This document shows, piece after piece, positions 8,032 to 16,641 of a stretch of DNA of 34,850 nt (position 1 is the stretch's first letter; each line of letters opens with the position of its first letter). The notes under the pieces were generated by a model. That model was not told where the DNA came from. It did no database searches and saw only the letters and a list, made by a program, of their open reading frames with translations. The stretch is from Candidatus Competibacterales bacterium (GTDB taxonomy: Bacteria > Pseudomonadota > Gammaproteobacteria > Competibacterales > JAHEDQ01): positions 1-34,850 of the forward strand of contig JBFGYN010000003.1 in the NCBI GenBank assembly GCA_041587415.1, in the 5' to 3' direction. Made by a program: the position numbers and the translations under genes.

Positions 8032-9198
8032 GTGATCAAGTATTTTCTGTTGGGGGTCGCACTTTTCTCCGTTGGGATCGGCACCGCGCCGGCCCAGGAG
8101 CCGGTAAAGATCGGGATGGTGACGACCCTGTCCACAAAGGCGGGTTATCTTGGCGAAGACATCCGCGACGGCATGCTTCTCGCCATCCATCAGGAGCAGG
8201 GCAAGCTCGGCGGCATCCCGGTGCAACTTCTGGTGGAGGACGACACGCGTAAACCGGAGAAAGGGCGGCAAATCGCCGAGCGTTTCATGGAGCGCGACGG
8301 CGTGCGAATCATGACGGGAATCGTCTTTTCCAACGTGGCAATGGCGGTGGTTCCGAAAGTTGTTCGCGAGGGTGTTTTCTACCTGAGCCCGAATGCCGGC
8401 CCATCCGCACTCGCCGGTGAAGGCTGCCACGAGAACTATTTCAACGTTGCCTGGCAGAACGACAATCTCCACGAGGTAACGGGGCAGTACGTGAACGACA
8501 CCGGCCACCAGAGCGTTTATCTGCTGGCACCCAACTATCCGGCAGGCAAGGACGCATTGGCCGGGTTCAAGCGCTACTACAAGGGCGAGATTGCAGGCGA
8601 GGTGTACACCAAGTTGGGGCAGTCGGACTATGCGGCCGAGCTCGCCTCGTTGCGTGCGGCGAAGCCAGGAGCCGTGTTTTTTTTCTTGCCAGGCGGCATG
8701 GGAATCAACTTCATCAAGCAATTCGCTCAGGCAGGATTGAAAGACCAGATTCCCTTGTACGGGCCGGCCTTTTCCTTTGACGAGCGCCTGCTCCAGGCGG
8801 TGGGTGACGCGGCGCTAGGCGTCGTCAACGGGTCCCAGTGGACCCACGATCTGGACAATCCCGAAAACCGCGCATTCGTCGCAGCATTTCGCGAAGCCTA
8901 TGGCCGCACACCGACCCTCTATGCGAGCCAGGGATACGATACTGGGCGACTGATTGGCAGCGCCCTCGCTGCGGTGGGTGGCGATCTCTCCCGGGACGGC
9001 GCATTTCGCGACGCGTTGCGCAAGGCCGACTTCGCGTCCGTTCGCGGACCCTTCCGCTTTGGGCCGAATCAGCACCCGATCCAGGATCTCTACGTCCGAG
9101 AGGTGGTACAGACCGACGACGGTCGCTTCACGAATCGGACCCTGAAGAAGGTTTTCACCGACCATGCCGACGCCTACGTTGCCCAGTGCAAGCTCTAG
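8032..9198 (+). CDS. Liv/HAAT-family ABC transporter substrate-binding protein (aromatic-acid-binding subtype likely)
   Basis: Signal peptide; KIGMVTTLS, GIVFSNV, SPNAGPS, NYPAGKD, FLPGGMG and YASQGYD; GGAGGAG RBS before the GTG start. Confidence 0.88.
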   Translation: MIKYFLLGVALFSVGIGTAPAQEPVKIGMVTTLSTKAGYLGEDIRDGMLLAIHQEQGKLGGIPVQLLVEDDTRKPEKGRQIAERFMERDGVRIMTGIVFSNVAMAVVPKVVREGVFYLSPNAGPSALAGEGCHENYFNVAWQNDNLHEVTGQYVNDTGHQSVYLLAPNYPAGKDALAGFKRYYKGEIAGEVYTKLGQSDYAAELASLRAAKPGAVFFFLPGGMGINFIKQFAQAGLKDQIPLYGPAFSFDERLLQAVGDAALGVVNGSQWTHDLDNPENRAFVAAFREAYGRTPTLYASQGYDTGRLIGSALAAVGGDLSRDGAFRDALRKADFASVRGPFRFGPNQHPIQDLYVREVVQTDDGRFTNRTLKKVFTDHADAYVAQCKL

Positions 9199-9225
9199 CC
9201 CCCATTGCTGACTCCCGCTGCCGCC

Positions 9226-10140
9226 ATGTCGCTTCTCTTCGAGCAGGTGCTAAACGGTGTACAGCTGGGAGTCATGCTGTTTTTGATGTCGGCGGGGTTG
9301 ACGCTGGTGTTCGGCATCATGAACCTCATCAACCTGGCCCATGGCTCCTTTTACATGATCGGCGCCTATGCGGCGGCCACTGTGCAGGCCGAAACGGGGA
9401 GCTTCATGCTCGGCCTCTTTGCCGCTTTGCCCGCAACGGCCCTCGTGGGCATGGTCGTGGAGTTGCTGGTGCTGCGCCGCCTCTATCAACGGGAACATCT
9501 GGATCAGGTGCTCGCCACATTCGGCCTGATTCTGTTTTTCAACGAGATGATTCGAATTCTATGGGGCCGGCAGCCATTGTTCATGGATGTCCCGCAACTG
9601 CTCAGCGGGACCGTAGACGTCATTCCGGGTGCGCCTTACCCCGCGTACCGTCTGGCCATCATCGTCGTTGGCATCCTGGTCGCTGGACTTCTCTATCTCC
9701 TGATCACCCGGACGCGCCTCGGCATGCAGATTCGCGCCGGGGCCAGTAATCGCGAGATGGCGGGCGCCCTCGGTGTCAACATCGGCCTCCTGTTCACGTT
9801 GGTGTTCGGCCTGGGAGCCATGCTTGCCGGCTTGGCAGGGGTCATGGCGGGGCCGATTTTTGCTGTCGAGGCCGGAATGGGCGAGAGCATACTGATTGTT
9901 ACCTTCGTCGTGATCGTCATCGGCGGAATTGGCTCGGTCCGCGGCGCACTGGTTGGTGCCTTGCTGGTGGGCTTGGTAGACACCCTGGGCCGGGTATACT
10001 TTCCGAGCTTGTTCCGATTGTTTCTACCGGCGGCTGACGCGGACGGCGTTGCCGCCTCGGTGGCTTCCATGAGCATCTACATCCTCATGGCCGCGGTGCT
10101 CGTGTGGCGCCCGAAAGGCCTTTTCCCGGCGCGGGGTTGA
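9226..10140 (+). CDS. livH: Branched-chain amino acid-type ABC permease (LivH-like)
   Basis: GLTLVFGIMNLINLAHGSFYMIG, TRLGMQIRA, VVIVIGGIGS and RPKGLF. TTG9205 is an alternative start. Confidence 0.87.
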   Translation: MSLLFEQVLNGVQLGVMLFLMSAGLTLVFGIMNLINLAHGSFYMIGAYAAATVQAETGSFMLGLFAALPATALVGMVVELLVLRRLYQREHLDQVLATFGLILFFNEMIRILWGRQPLFMDVPQLLSGTVDVIPGAPYPAYRLAIIVVGILVAGLLYLLITRTRLGMQIRAGASNREMAGALGVNIGLLFTLVFGLGAMLAGLAGVMAGPIFAVEAGMGESILIVTFVVIVIGGIGSVRGALVGALLVGLVDTLGRVYFPSLFRLFLPAADADGVAASVASMSIYILMAAVLVWRPKGLFPARG

Positions 10141-10152
10141 CCTCGAAATCTC

Positions 10153-11139
10153 ATGGGGGCCCGCCGCTTCAGCATCGTCCTCGTGGGCGCCGGCCTATTC
10201 GCTGCGATCCCGCCGTTGGCGGAGTTCTTCGGCGAACCCTTCCTGGTCTCACTGTTCAGTCGCGTCTTGATTTACGCTCTGGCTGCGGCAAGTCTGGATT
10301 TGATTCTCGGATTTGGCGGCATGGTCAGCTTTGGCCACGCCGCATATTTCGGAGTCGGGGCGTACACGGTGGGCATCCTCTCCCACCATGGCTACGAGGG
10401 AACGCCTCTGCTGGAATGGCCGTTCGAGCTTGCCGGAACCAGCGCCGCGCTGCTGGCCTGGCCCAGTGCCGTGTTGATCTCGGCATTGTTTGCGGCCGTC
10501 ATCGGCGCGCTATGCCTTCGAACCGCCGGCATCCACTTCATCATGATCACCTTGGCCTTCGCCCAGATGCTCTATTTCATGAGCGTTTCTCTGGAGCGCT
10601 ATGGGGGTGACGACGGACTCCTGATCTGGGAGCGGAGCGCCATCCCGGGAATTGACCTGGCGGACGACGTCACTTTCTACTACGTGTGTCTCGGAGCTCT
10701 TGCCTCGTTCGTGTTTCTCGCCGGGCGACTCGTCAATTCGCGATTCGGCATGGTCATCCGCGGCGCCAAACAAAACGAACGCCGAATGCATGCGCTTGGT
10801 TTCCCCGTGTATCGATACCGTTTGACCTGCTTCGTGCTCGCGGGGGCCGGTGCCGGTCTGGCCGGGGCGTTGATCGCCAACCAGACCGAGTTCGTCAGCC
10901 CCGAACTCTTGCATTGGACGCGCTCGGGCGAGATTCTCGTCATGGTCATACTGGGTGGAATGGGCACTCTGTACGGCCCTGTGCTCGGTGCGACCGCCCT
11001 TCTGCTGTTGGAGGAGTTGTTTTCGACTTACACCGAGCATTGGTCGGTGTTCCTGGGCCCGGCGCTGGTGCTGGCCGTATTGTTCGCGCGCCGCGGGCTC
11101 TTCGGGTTCCTGGCCGGTGGGACCCGGTCCGATGGGTGA
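10153..11139 (+). CDS. livM: Branched-chain amino acid-type ABC permease (LivM-like)
   Basis: GGMVSFGHAAYFGVGAY, FIMITLAFAQM, GGDDG, SRFG and MVILGGMGTLYGP. Confidence 0.87.
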   Translation: MGARRFSIVLVGAGLFAAIPPLAEFFGEPFLVSLFSRVLIYALAAASLDLILGFGGMVSFGHAAYFGVGAYTVGILSHHGYEGTPLLEWPFELAGTSAALLAWPSAVLISALFAAVIGALCLRTAGIHFIMITLAFAQMLYFMSVSLERYGGDDGLLIWERSAIPGIDLADDVTFYYVCLGALASFVFLAGRLVNSRFGMVIRGAKQNERRMHALGFPVYRYRLTCFVLAGAGAGLAGALIANQTEFVSPELLHWTRSGEILVMVILGGMGTLYGPVLGATALLLLEELFSTYTEHWSVFLGPALVLAVLFARRGLFGFLAGGTRSDG

Positions 11140-11887
11140 GCCGTTGCTGGTGGTGAAGGGGCTCAACAAGCGGTTCGGGGCCGTGATCGCCAGTCAGGAT
11201 CTGAGTCTGGAGGTTCGAGCCGGCGAGCTTCACGCCTTGATCGGGCCCAACGGCGCGGGAAAGACGACCGCACTGGGGCAACTGGCCGGCGAGTTGGCAC
11301 CCGACGGCGGTTCGATCCTGTTTTCGCACCGCGACATTACGCACCTGCCAGTGCACGCCAGAGCCCGTTTCGGATTGGCGCGCTCCTACCAGATCAGTTC
11401 CCTGTTCGAGGAGTTCACCGTGCTCGAGAACGCGATGCTTGCCGTTCAAGCGCACCAGGGTCACAGTTTTCGATTCTGGCGCCGTGCCGCCGGCGAGACT
11501 GCGCTTCGAGAGCCCGCGCTCGGTGTCCTGGAGCGCATGGGCTTGGCGGATCGCGCGGGTGCAACGGTGTCTTCACTCGCCCACGGCGAGCGGCGGCAAC
11601 TGGAGGTTGCTCTCGCCCTTGCGGGAGAGCCGAAAATGGTTCTGTTGGACGAACCCATGGCCGGAATGGGTGCCGGTGGTAGCCTCAACATGACTCGGTT
11701 GCTGCTGCGGCTCAAGGGCCGCTTGACCATTCTCTTGGTGGAGCACGACATGGATGCAGTGTTTGCTCTGGCGGACCGCATTTCGGTGCTCGTCAACGGC
11801 GCCTGCATCGCCACCGGATCGCCCGAAGCAATTCGCGAGAATGCAGCGGTACGAACCGCGTATCTGGGCGATAGTGCGCTCGCGTGA
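11132..11887 (+). CDS. livG: ABC transporter ATP-binding protein (LivG-like)
   Basis: GPNGAGKTT, ARSYQ, LLDEPMAG, VEHDMD and VRTAYLG; ATG11132 overlaps the end of livM. Confidence 0.87.
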   Translation: MGEPLLVVKGLNKRFGAVIASQDLSLEVRAGELHALIGPNGAGKTTALGQLAGELAPDGGSILFSHRDITHLPVHARARFGLARSYQISSLFEEFTVLENAMLAVQAHQGHSFRFWRRAAGETALREPALGVLERMGLADRAGATVSSLAHGERRQLEVALALAGEPKMVLLDEPMAGMGAGGSLNMTRLLLRLKGRLTILLVEHDMDAVFALADRISVLVNGACIATGSPEAIRENAAVRTAYLGDSALA

Positions 11888-12582
11888 TGCTCGAGGTTCG
11901 CGGAATCGAAACTTTCTATGGCGCGAGTCAAGCGCTATTCGGGGTGAACTTGGACGTATTGGGGGGCGAGGTGGTGACACTCCTCGGGCGCAACGGAATG
12001 GGCAAGACCACCGTGATTCGGTCGATCATGGGTTTGTCGAGGCCCGCCAGCGGTCGAATTCGATTCGGCGACCGGGATCTGGTAGGTCGCCCCAGTTTTG
12101 CCATTGCACGCGCCGGAATCGGGCTGGTTCCCGAGGGCCGACAGATTTTTCCGAATCTGACGGTGCAGGAGAATCTGGTCGCAACCGCGCGTCGGGGTCG
12201 GAGCGGGAATTGGAGCCTGCATCGCATCTACGCTCTGTTCCCACGGCTCGTGGAGCGACGCCACAACATGGGCGGTCAGCTTTCCGGCGGTGAGCAACAG
12301 ATGCTGGCCATTGGGCGAGCACTCATGACCGGGCCCGAACTGTTGATTCTCGACGAGGCGACCGAAGGGTTGGCGCCGCTGATACGCAGGGAAATATGGG
12401 AGGTCATCGCTGTACTGAAGGCGGCCGGGCAGTCGATTCTGGTAATCGACAAGAATCTCCATGCCCTATTGCGAATCGCAGACCGACATTACATTCTGGA
12501 AAGAGGGCGCGTGGTCTGGGAGGGTGACTCCGAATCGCTCGGCAACGAGACGGAGATCCAGCACCGCTATTTGGGCGTCTGA
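11887..12582 (+). CDS. livF: ABC transporter ATP-binding protein (LivF-like)
   Basis: GRNGMGKTT, VPEGRQIFPNLTVQENL, LSGGEQQMLAIGRALM and LDEATEGLAP; TGATG coupling with livG. Confidence 0.88.
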   Translation: MLEVRGIETFYGASQALFGVNLDVLGGEVVTLLGRNGMGKTTVIRSIMGLSRPASGRIRFGDRDLVGRPSFAIARAGIGLVPEGRQIFPNLTVQENLVATARRGRSGNWSLHRIYALFPRLVERRHNMGGQLSGGEQQMLAIGRALMTGPELLILDEATEGLAPLIRREIWEVIAVLKAAGQSILVIDKNLHALLRIADRHYILERGRVVWEGDSESLGNETEIQHRYLGV

Positions 12583-12635
12583 ACCGTGGCGGAATCCTAT
12601 TTCGTTGCCGGCGACCAACGACCGGAAGTGGGCAG

Positions 12636-13505
12636 ATGACCGAAGTTCCCGTGCGCCCCAATTACATCGACGCGGAATGGGACCGCCAGTACGACAATCG
12701 CACTGCGGTGCCGGATCATCCGCGCATATTCGAACAGTGGGCCGCGCGAAGCGCAGCGACCCGTTCGCGCTTTCCGGCGCGGCTGGACGTCGCCTATGGA
12801 CCTGCTCCCCGCGAGCGGCTGGATTTCTTTCCATGTGCCTCCACGGATTCGCCTTTGCATCTGTTCGTCCACGGCGGCTACTGGCAGGCCCTGGACAAAT
12901 CTTTTTTTAGTTTCGTTGCCGAGTCGCTCACCCCCCTGGGAGTGAACGTTGCCGTCGTCACACACACCCTGTGTCCCGGGATCACGGTGACCGGAATCGT
13001 CGAGCAGATCCGCTCGGCTTTCGTGTGGCTTTGGCGCCGGGCCGAGCAACTCGGCTTCGACCGGGAGCGCATGCAAGTGTCTGGGCACTCCGCCGGCGGG
13101 CACTTGGCGGCCATGTTGATGGCGACGGATTGGTCACAGCGCGATCGGAACTTGCCCGCCGAAGCCATCGACAGCGCCGTGGCGATCAGCGGCCTGTTCG
13201 ACCTGGAACCTCTGCTTCACACCCGAGTCAACGAAGCCGTTCGCATGGATCAGGACGAAGCCCGTGCCAACAGCCCCGTTCTTCTTCCGCCCCCTCGGAA
13301 AGTGCCAATGCTGCTGCTGGTCGGCGGCGACGAGAGTGCGGAATATCACCGGCAGAGCGAGCAGCTGGCGGAGTCGTGGTCCAGTCGAGGCATGTCGATC
13401 GAGTACCAGGAGATTCCGGAAACAAATCATTTCAACGTCTTGGATGCCGCTTTCTCGGCCGATGGCCCGTTGACCTCGTGGGCCCGCCAGCGGCTCCTGC
13501 GATAG
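12636..13505 (+). CDS. Alpha/beta hydrolase, arylformamidase (kynurenine formamidase, Afmid-type)-like
   Basis: QYDNR..VP, DVAYG....ERLD, HGGYW oxyanion motif, GHSAGGHL nucleophile elbow, SGLFDLEPL, GGDES.EY and NHF. Confidence 0.78.
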   Translation: MTEVPVRPNYIDAEWDRQYDNRTAVPDHPRIFEQWAARSAATRSRFPARLDVAYGPAPRERLDFFPCASTDSPLHLFVHGGYWQALDKSFFSFVAESLTPLGVNVAVVTHTLCPGITVTGIVEQIRSAFVWLWRRAEQLGFDRERMQVSGHSAGGHLAAMLMATDWSQRDRNLPAEAIDSAVAISGLFDLEPLLHTRVNEAVRMDQDEARANSPVLLPPPRKVPMLLLVGGDESAEYHRQSEQLAESWSSRGMSIEYQEIPETNHFNVLDAAFSADGPLTSWARQRLLR

Positions 13506-13585
13506 CTGCATCCGGCGCGCCTGCATGAATTGCCCTGATCCGTCCCCGGCGTGTATCTTCGCCGGACACTCATCTGGGTAGTTCC

Positions 13586-14881
13586 ATGGCCAAACCCCAA
13601 TATCCGCGTTTCGATACCCTCGGTCTGCACGCCGGGCAGCGCCCGGACCCGACGACCGGCGCCCGCGCCACGCCCATCTATCAGACAACTTCCTTCGTAT
13701 TCACAGACACGGACCAAGCGGCGGCCCTTTTCAACTCCGAACGGGCGGGGCACGTCTACTCGCGCATCTCCAATCCCACTAATGCGGTGCTGGAAGAGCG
13801 CGTCGCCGCCCTGGAGGGTGGTGTCGGCGCCATTGCCACCGCTTCGGGTCAGGCCGCGATGCACCTGGCGATCGTGACCTTGATGGACGCGGGCGCGCAC
13901 ATCGTCTCCTCCAGGTCGCTCTACGGCGGCAGCCACAACCTTCTCAGCTATACGCTTCCACGTTTTGGAATCGAGACCACATTTGTCGACCCGAGAGATC
14001 CTGGGGCATTTCGAGACGCTATCCGGGACAATACGAGACTGGTGTTCGGCGAAACCCTGGGCAATCCCGGGCTGGACGTGCTCGACATTCCCGAAGTCGC
14101 CAAAGTGGCCCACGAAGCGGGTCTTCCTCTGCTCATCGACAACACTTTCACTACGCCATATCTCTGCCGCCCATTCGAGATGGGAGCCGACCTGGTGTTC
14201 CACTCGGCAACCAAGTTTCTCGGCGGGCATGGTGTCGCCATTGGCGGTGTGCTGGTGGACAGCGGCCGCTTCGACTGGCAGTCATCCGGGAAGTTTCCGA
14301 CTCTGACGGAACCGTACCAGGGTTTCCACGGCATGAATTTCGTCGATGAATGCGGTCCGGCCGCATTCCTGATGCGAGCCCGGAAAGAGGGTATTCGGGA
14401 TTTCGGGGCGTGCATGAGCCCGACCACGTCGTTCCACATTCTCCAGGGCGTCGAAACTCTGTCGTTGCGCATGGACCGGCACGTCGCAAACACCCGCCGC
14501 GTCGTCGCCTTTCTGAGTCACCACGATGCCGTGGAGTGGGTGCGCTACCCCGAGCTGCCCGACCACGCGGATCACCAGCTGGCGAAAAGACTGCTGCCGA
14601 ACGGTTGCGGTGCTGTTTTCAGTTTCAGCGTGCGGGGCGGTCGACCGGCCGGGCGACGCCTGATCGAATCCATGCGCCTGTTCTCGCATCTCGCAAATGT
14701 GGGTGACGCCAAGTCCCTGGTGATCCATCCTGCCAGCACCACGCATCACCGGATGGACGCGGAGGCACTGGAGCAGGCCGGTATTTCAGAAGGTATGGTC
14801 CGCTTGTCGGTGGGATTGGAGGACCCCGACGACCTTCTGGAAGATCTCGGTCGCGGCCTCTACGCGTCTCAGAAGGTCTGA
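13586..14881 (+). CDS. metY: O-acetylhomoserine aminocarboxypropyltransferase / sulfhydrylase (Cys/Met PLP-dependent)
   Basis: PIYQTTSF, YSRISNPT, ASGQAA, DNTF, HSATKFLGGHG (PLP lysine), HLANVGDAKSLVIHPASTTH and RLSVGLE. Confidence 0.88.
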   Translation: MAKPQYPRFDTLGLHAGQRPDPTTGARATPIYQTTSFVFTDTDQAAALFNSERAGHVYSRISNPTNAVLEERVAALEGGVGAIATASGQAAMHLAIVTLMDAGAHIVSSRSLYGGSHNLLSYTLPRFGIETTFVDPRDPGAFRDAIRDNTRLVFGETLGNPGLDVLDIPEVAKVAHEAGLPLLIDNTFTTPYLCRPFEMGADLVFHSATKFLGGHGVAIGGVLVDSGRFDWQSSGKFPTLTEPYQGFHGMNFVDECGPAAFLMRARKEGIRDFGACMSPTTSFHILQGVETLSLRMDRHVANTRRVVAFLSHHDAVEWVRYPELPDHADHQLAKRLLPNGCGAVFSFSVRGGRPAGRRLIESMRLFSHLANVGDAKSLVIHPASTTHHRMDAEALEQAGISEGMVRLSVGLEDPDDLLEDLGRGLYASQKV

Positions 14882-14894
14882 CCGGGAGGGGCCG

Positions 14895-15683
14895 ATGGAT
14901 TTCTCGGTGGACGATCGTCGTGTGCATGCCTACACCGGTGGAAAGCCCTTCGATGCCGGTCGGCCCGCAGTGGTTTTTCTGCACGGTGCCGGCTGCGACC
15001 ACACCGTTTGGCTCTTGCAGAGCCGATATTTCGCCCACCACGGCAAGAGCGTCCTGGCGGTGGACTTACCCGGGCACGGTGGGTCCGCGGGTAAGGCGAT
15101 CGAGCGAATCGACACCCTCGCCGACTGGCTGGTGCAGGTTCTCGATGCCGTCCAGATCCCTGCCGCAGGTGTCGTAGGGCACAGCATGGGTTCCCTGGTG
15201 GCCTTGGACATTGCGCTCAGACACGGTGGAAAGGTCGACCGTCTCGGGCTGCTGGGCTGTTCTGCACCCATGCCGGTCGCGGATACGCTGCTCGATGCCG
15301 CAGCGGCCAACGATCACGCGGCCATCGACATGATCACCCTGTGGGGTCACAGCTACGGTGCCCAGCTCGGCGGTCACCCCGTACCCGGAATGTGGCTGAC
15401 AGGGGCAACTGTGCGGCTGCTGGAGCGCTCCGCACCGGGTGTGCTGGCCACGGACCTGGCCGCATGCAACAAGTTCGGCGGCCTGGAGAATCGCGGACCG
15501 ATTGCCTGTCCCGCCTTGTTACTATCCGGTGACCGGGACCTGATGACACCGCCGCGGGCGGCCAGCGACCTGCTCGCGTATCTTCCGGCAGGTCGCATGG
15601 TTGCCATCCCCGACTGCGGCCACATGATGATGGCCGAGCAACCCTCGCGCGTGTTGGACGCGTTAGCCGATTTCTTCCTCTAA
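14895..15683 (+). CDS. Alpha/beta fold hydrolase
   Basis: FLHGAG, DLPGHG, GHSMG, D.MTP and GHMMM catalytic-triad motifs; starts 13 nt after metY with a GGGAGG RBS. Confidence 0.88.
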   Translation: MDFSVDDRRVHAYTGGKPFDAGRPAVVFLHGAGCDHTVWLLQSRYFAHHGKSVLAVDLPGHGGSAGKAIERIDTLADWLVQVLDAVQIPAAGVVGHSMGSLVALDIALRHGGKVDRLGLLGCSAPMPVADTLLDAAAANDHAAIDMITLWGHSYGAQLGGHPVPGMWLTGATVRLLERSAPGVLATDLAACNKFGGLENRGPIACPALLLSGDRDLMTPPRAASDLLAYLPAGRMVAIPDCGHMMMAEQPSRVLDALADFFL

Positions 15684-15696
15684 ACGACTGCGGTTC

Positions 15697-16641
15697 TTGC
15701 GCGAAACCTCGCTCCATCACGACCTCGCGGCGGGAAAACGCCAGGGGGCTTATGGCGTCGCCTTCGCCCTTGCCGGGTTTGGCATCTGGGGCTTGGCGCC
15801 GATTTACTTCAAAGCTGTCGGCCACGTTCCTTCGGTGGAAGTGGTGGCTCACCGGGTCGTGTGGTCGGTGCTGTTTCTCGGCGGGCTCGTGGCCATCGCA
15901 GGCCGTTGGCGCGAGCTTGCGCGCGACTTGTGCAGCGCGGGTCAGTTGGGCGTCTTACTGGCGACCACCACGCTGCTATCGGCCAACTGGCTGGTCTTCA
16001 TCTGGGCGATTCAGAACAACCGCTTGCTGGAGTGCAGTCTCGGCTATTTCATCAATCCCCTGGTGAACGTCGTCCTCGGCGTGATGTTCTTGGGCGAGCG
16101 CCTCAACGCGCGCCAGATCGTCGCCGTCACGCTCGCGAGCGTTGGTGTTTCCAACCTGGTGTGGGACTTCGGCGCGGTGCCCTGGGTGGCGCTGGTCCTC
16201 GCCTTCACATTCGGTTTCTATGGCTTGTTGAGAAAACGCCTGGGTGCCGATGCGCGGCGAGGCCTGTTCGTCGAAACGCTGCTCATGAGCCCGGTGGCGC
16301 TGGGCTATCTGCTGTGGCTGGCTGCCGAAGACGCAGGGGCGTTCGGTCGTCTCGGGTCATCCACCGATTTGCTGCTCGTCGCTGCCGGCGTCGTCACGTC
16401 GGTGCCGCTGCTGTTGTTTCTGGAGGCAGCCCGTCGAGTGCGCCTTTCCACCCTCGGATTGATGCAGTACCTCGCGCCGACGCTCCAATTCCTGCTGGCA
16501 GTACTGGTCTACGCGGAGCCCTTTACCCGGGCGCACCTGGTCACCTTCGGCTGCATCTGGGCTGCGCTGGCGATCTATACATCAGATGCGATTCGAGCCC
16601 AGCGCAACGAAAGGCGACCGGTGCGGGGAAAAATTACATGA
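15697..16641 (+). CDS. rarD: EamA-family transporter RarD
   Basis: IWGLAPIYFK, HRVVWS, NWLVFIWA, SLGYFINPL, FYGLLRK and GLMQYLAPTLQF. The start codon is uncertain (TTG). Confidence 0.9.
   Translation: MRETSLHHDLAAGKRQGAYGVAFALAGFGIWGLAPIYFKAVGHVPSVEVVAHRVVWSVLFLGGLVAIAGRWRELARDLCSAGQLGVLLATTTLLSANWLVFIWAIQNNRLLECSLGYFINPLVNVVLGVMFLGERLNARQIVAVTLASVGVSNLVWDFGAVPWVALVLAFTFGFYGLLRKRLGADARRGLFVETLLMSPVALGYLLWLAAEDAGAFGRLGSSTDLLLVAAGVVTSVPLLLFLEAARRVRLSTLGLMQYLAPTLQFLLAVLVYAEPFTRAHLVTFGCIWAALAIYTSDAIRAQRNERRPVRGKIT

Noticed and set aside
13506-13585. SAM or other riboswitch upstream of metY
   Set aside because: The 80-nt gap has no recognisable SAM-I/II/SAH consensus.
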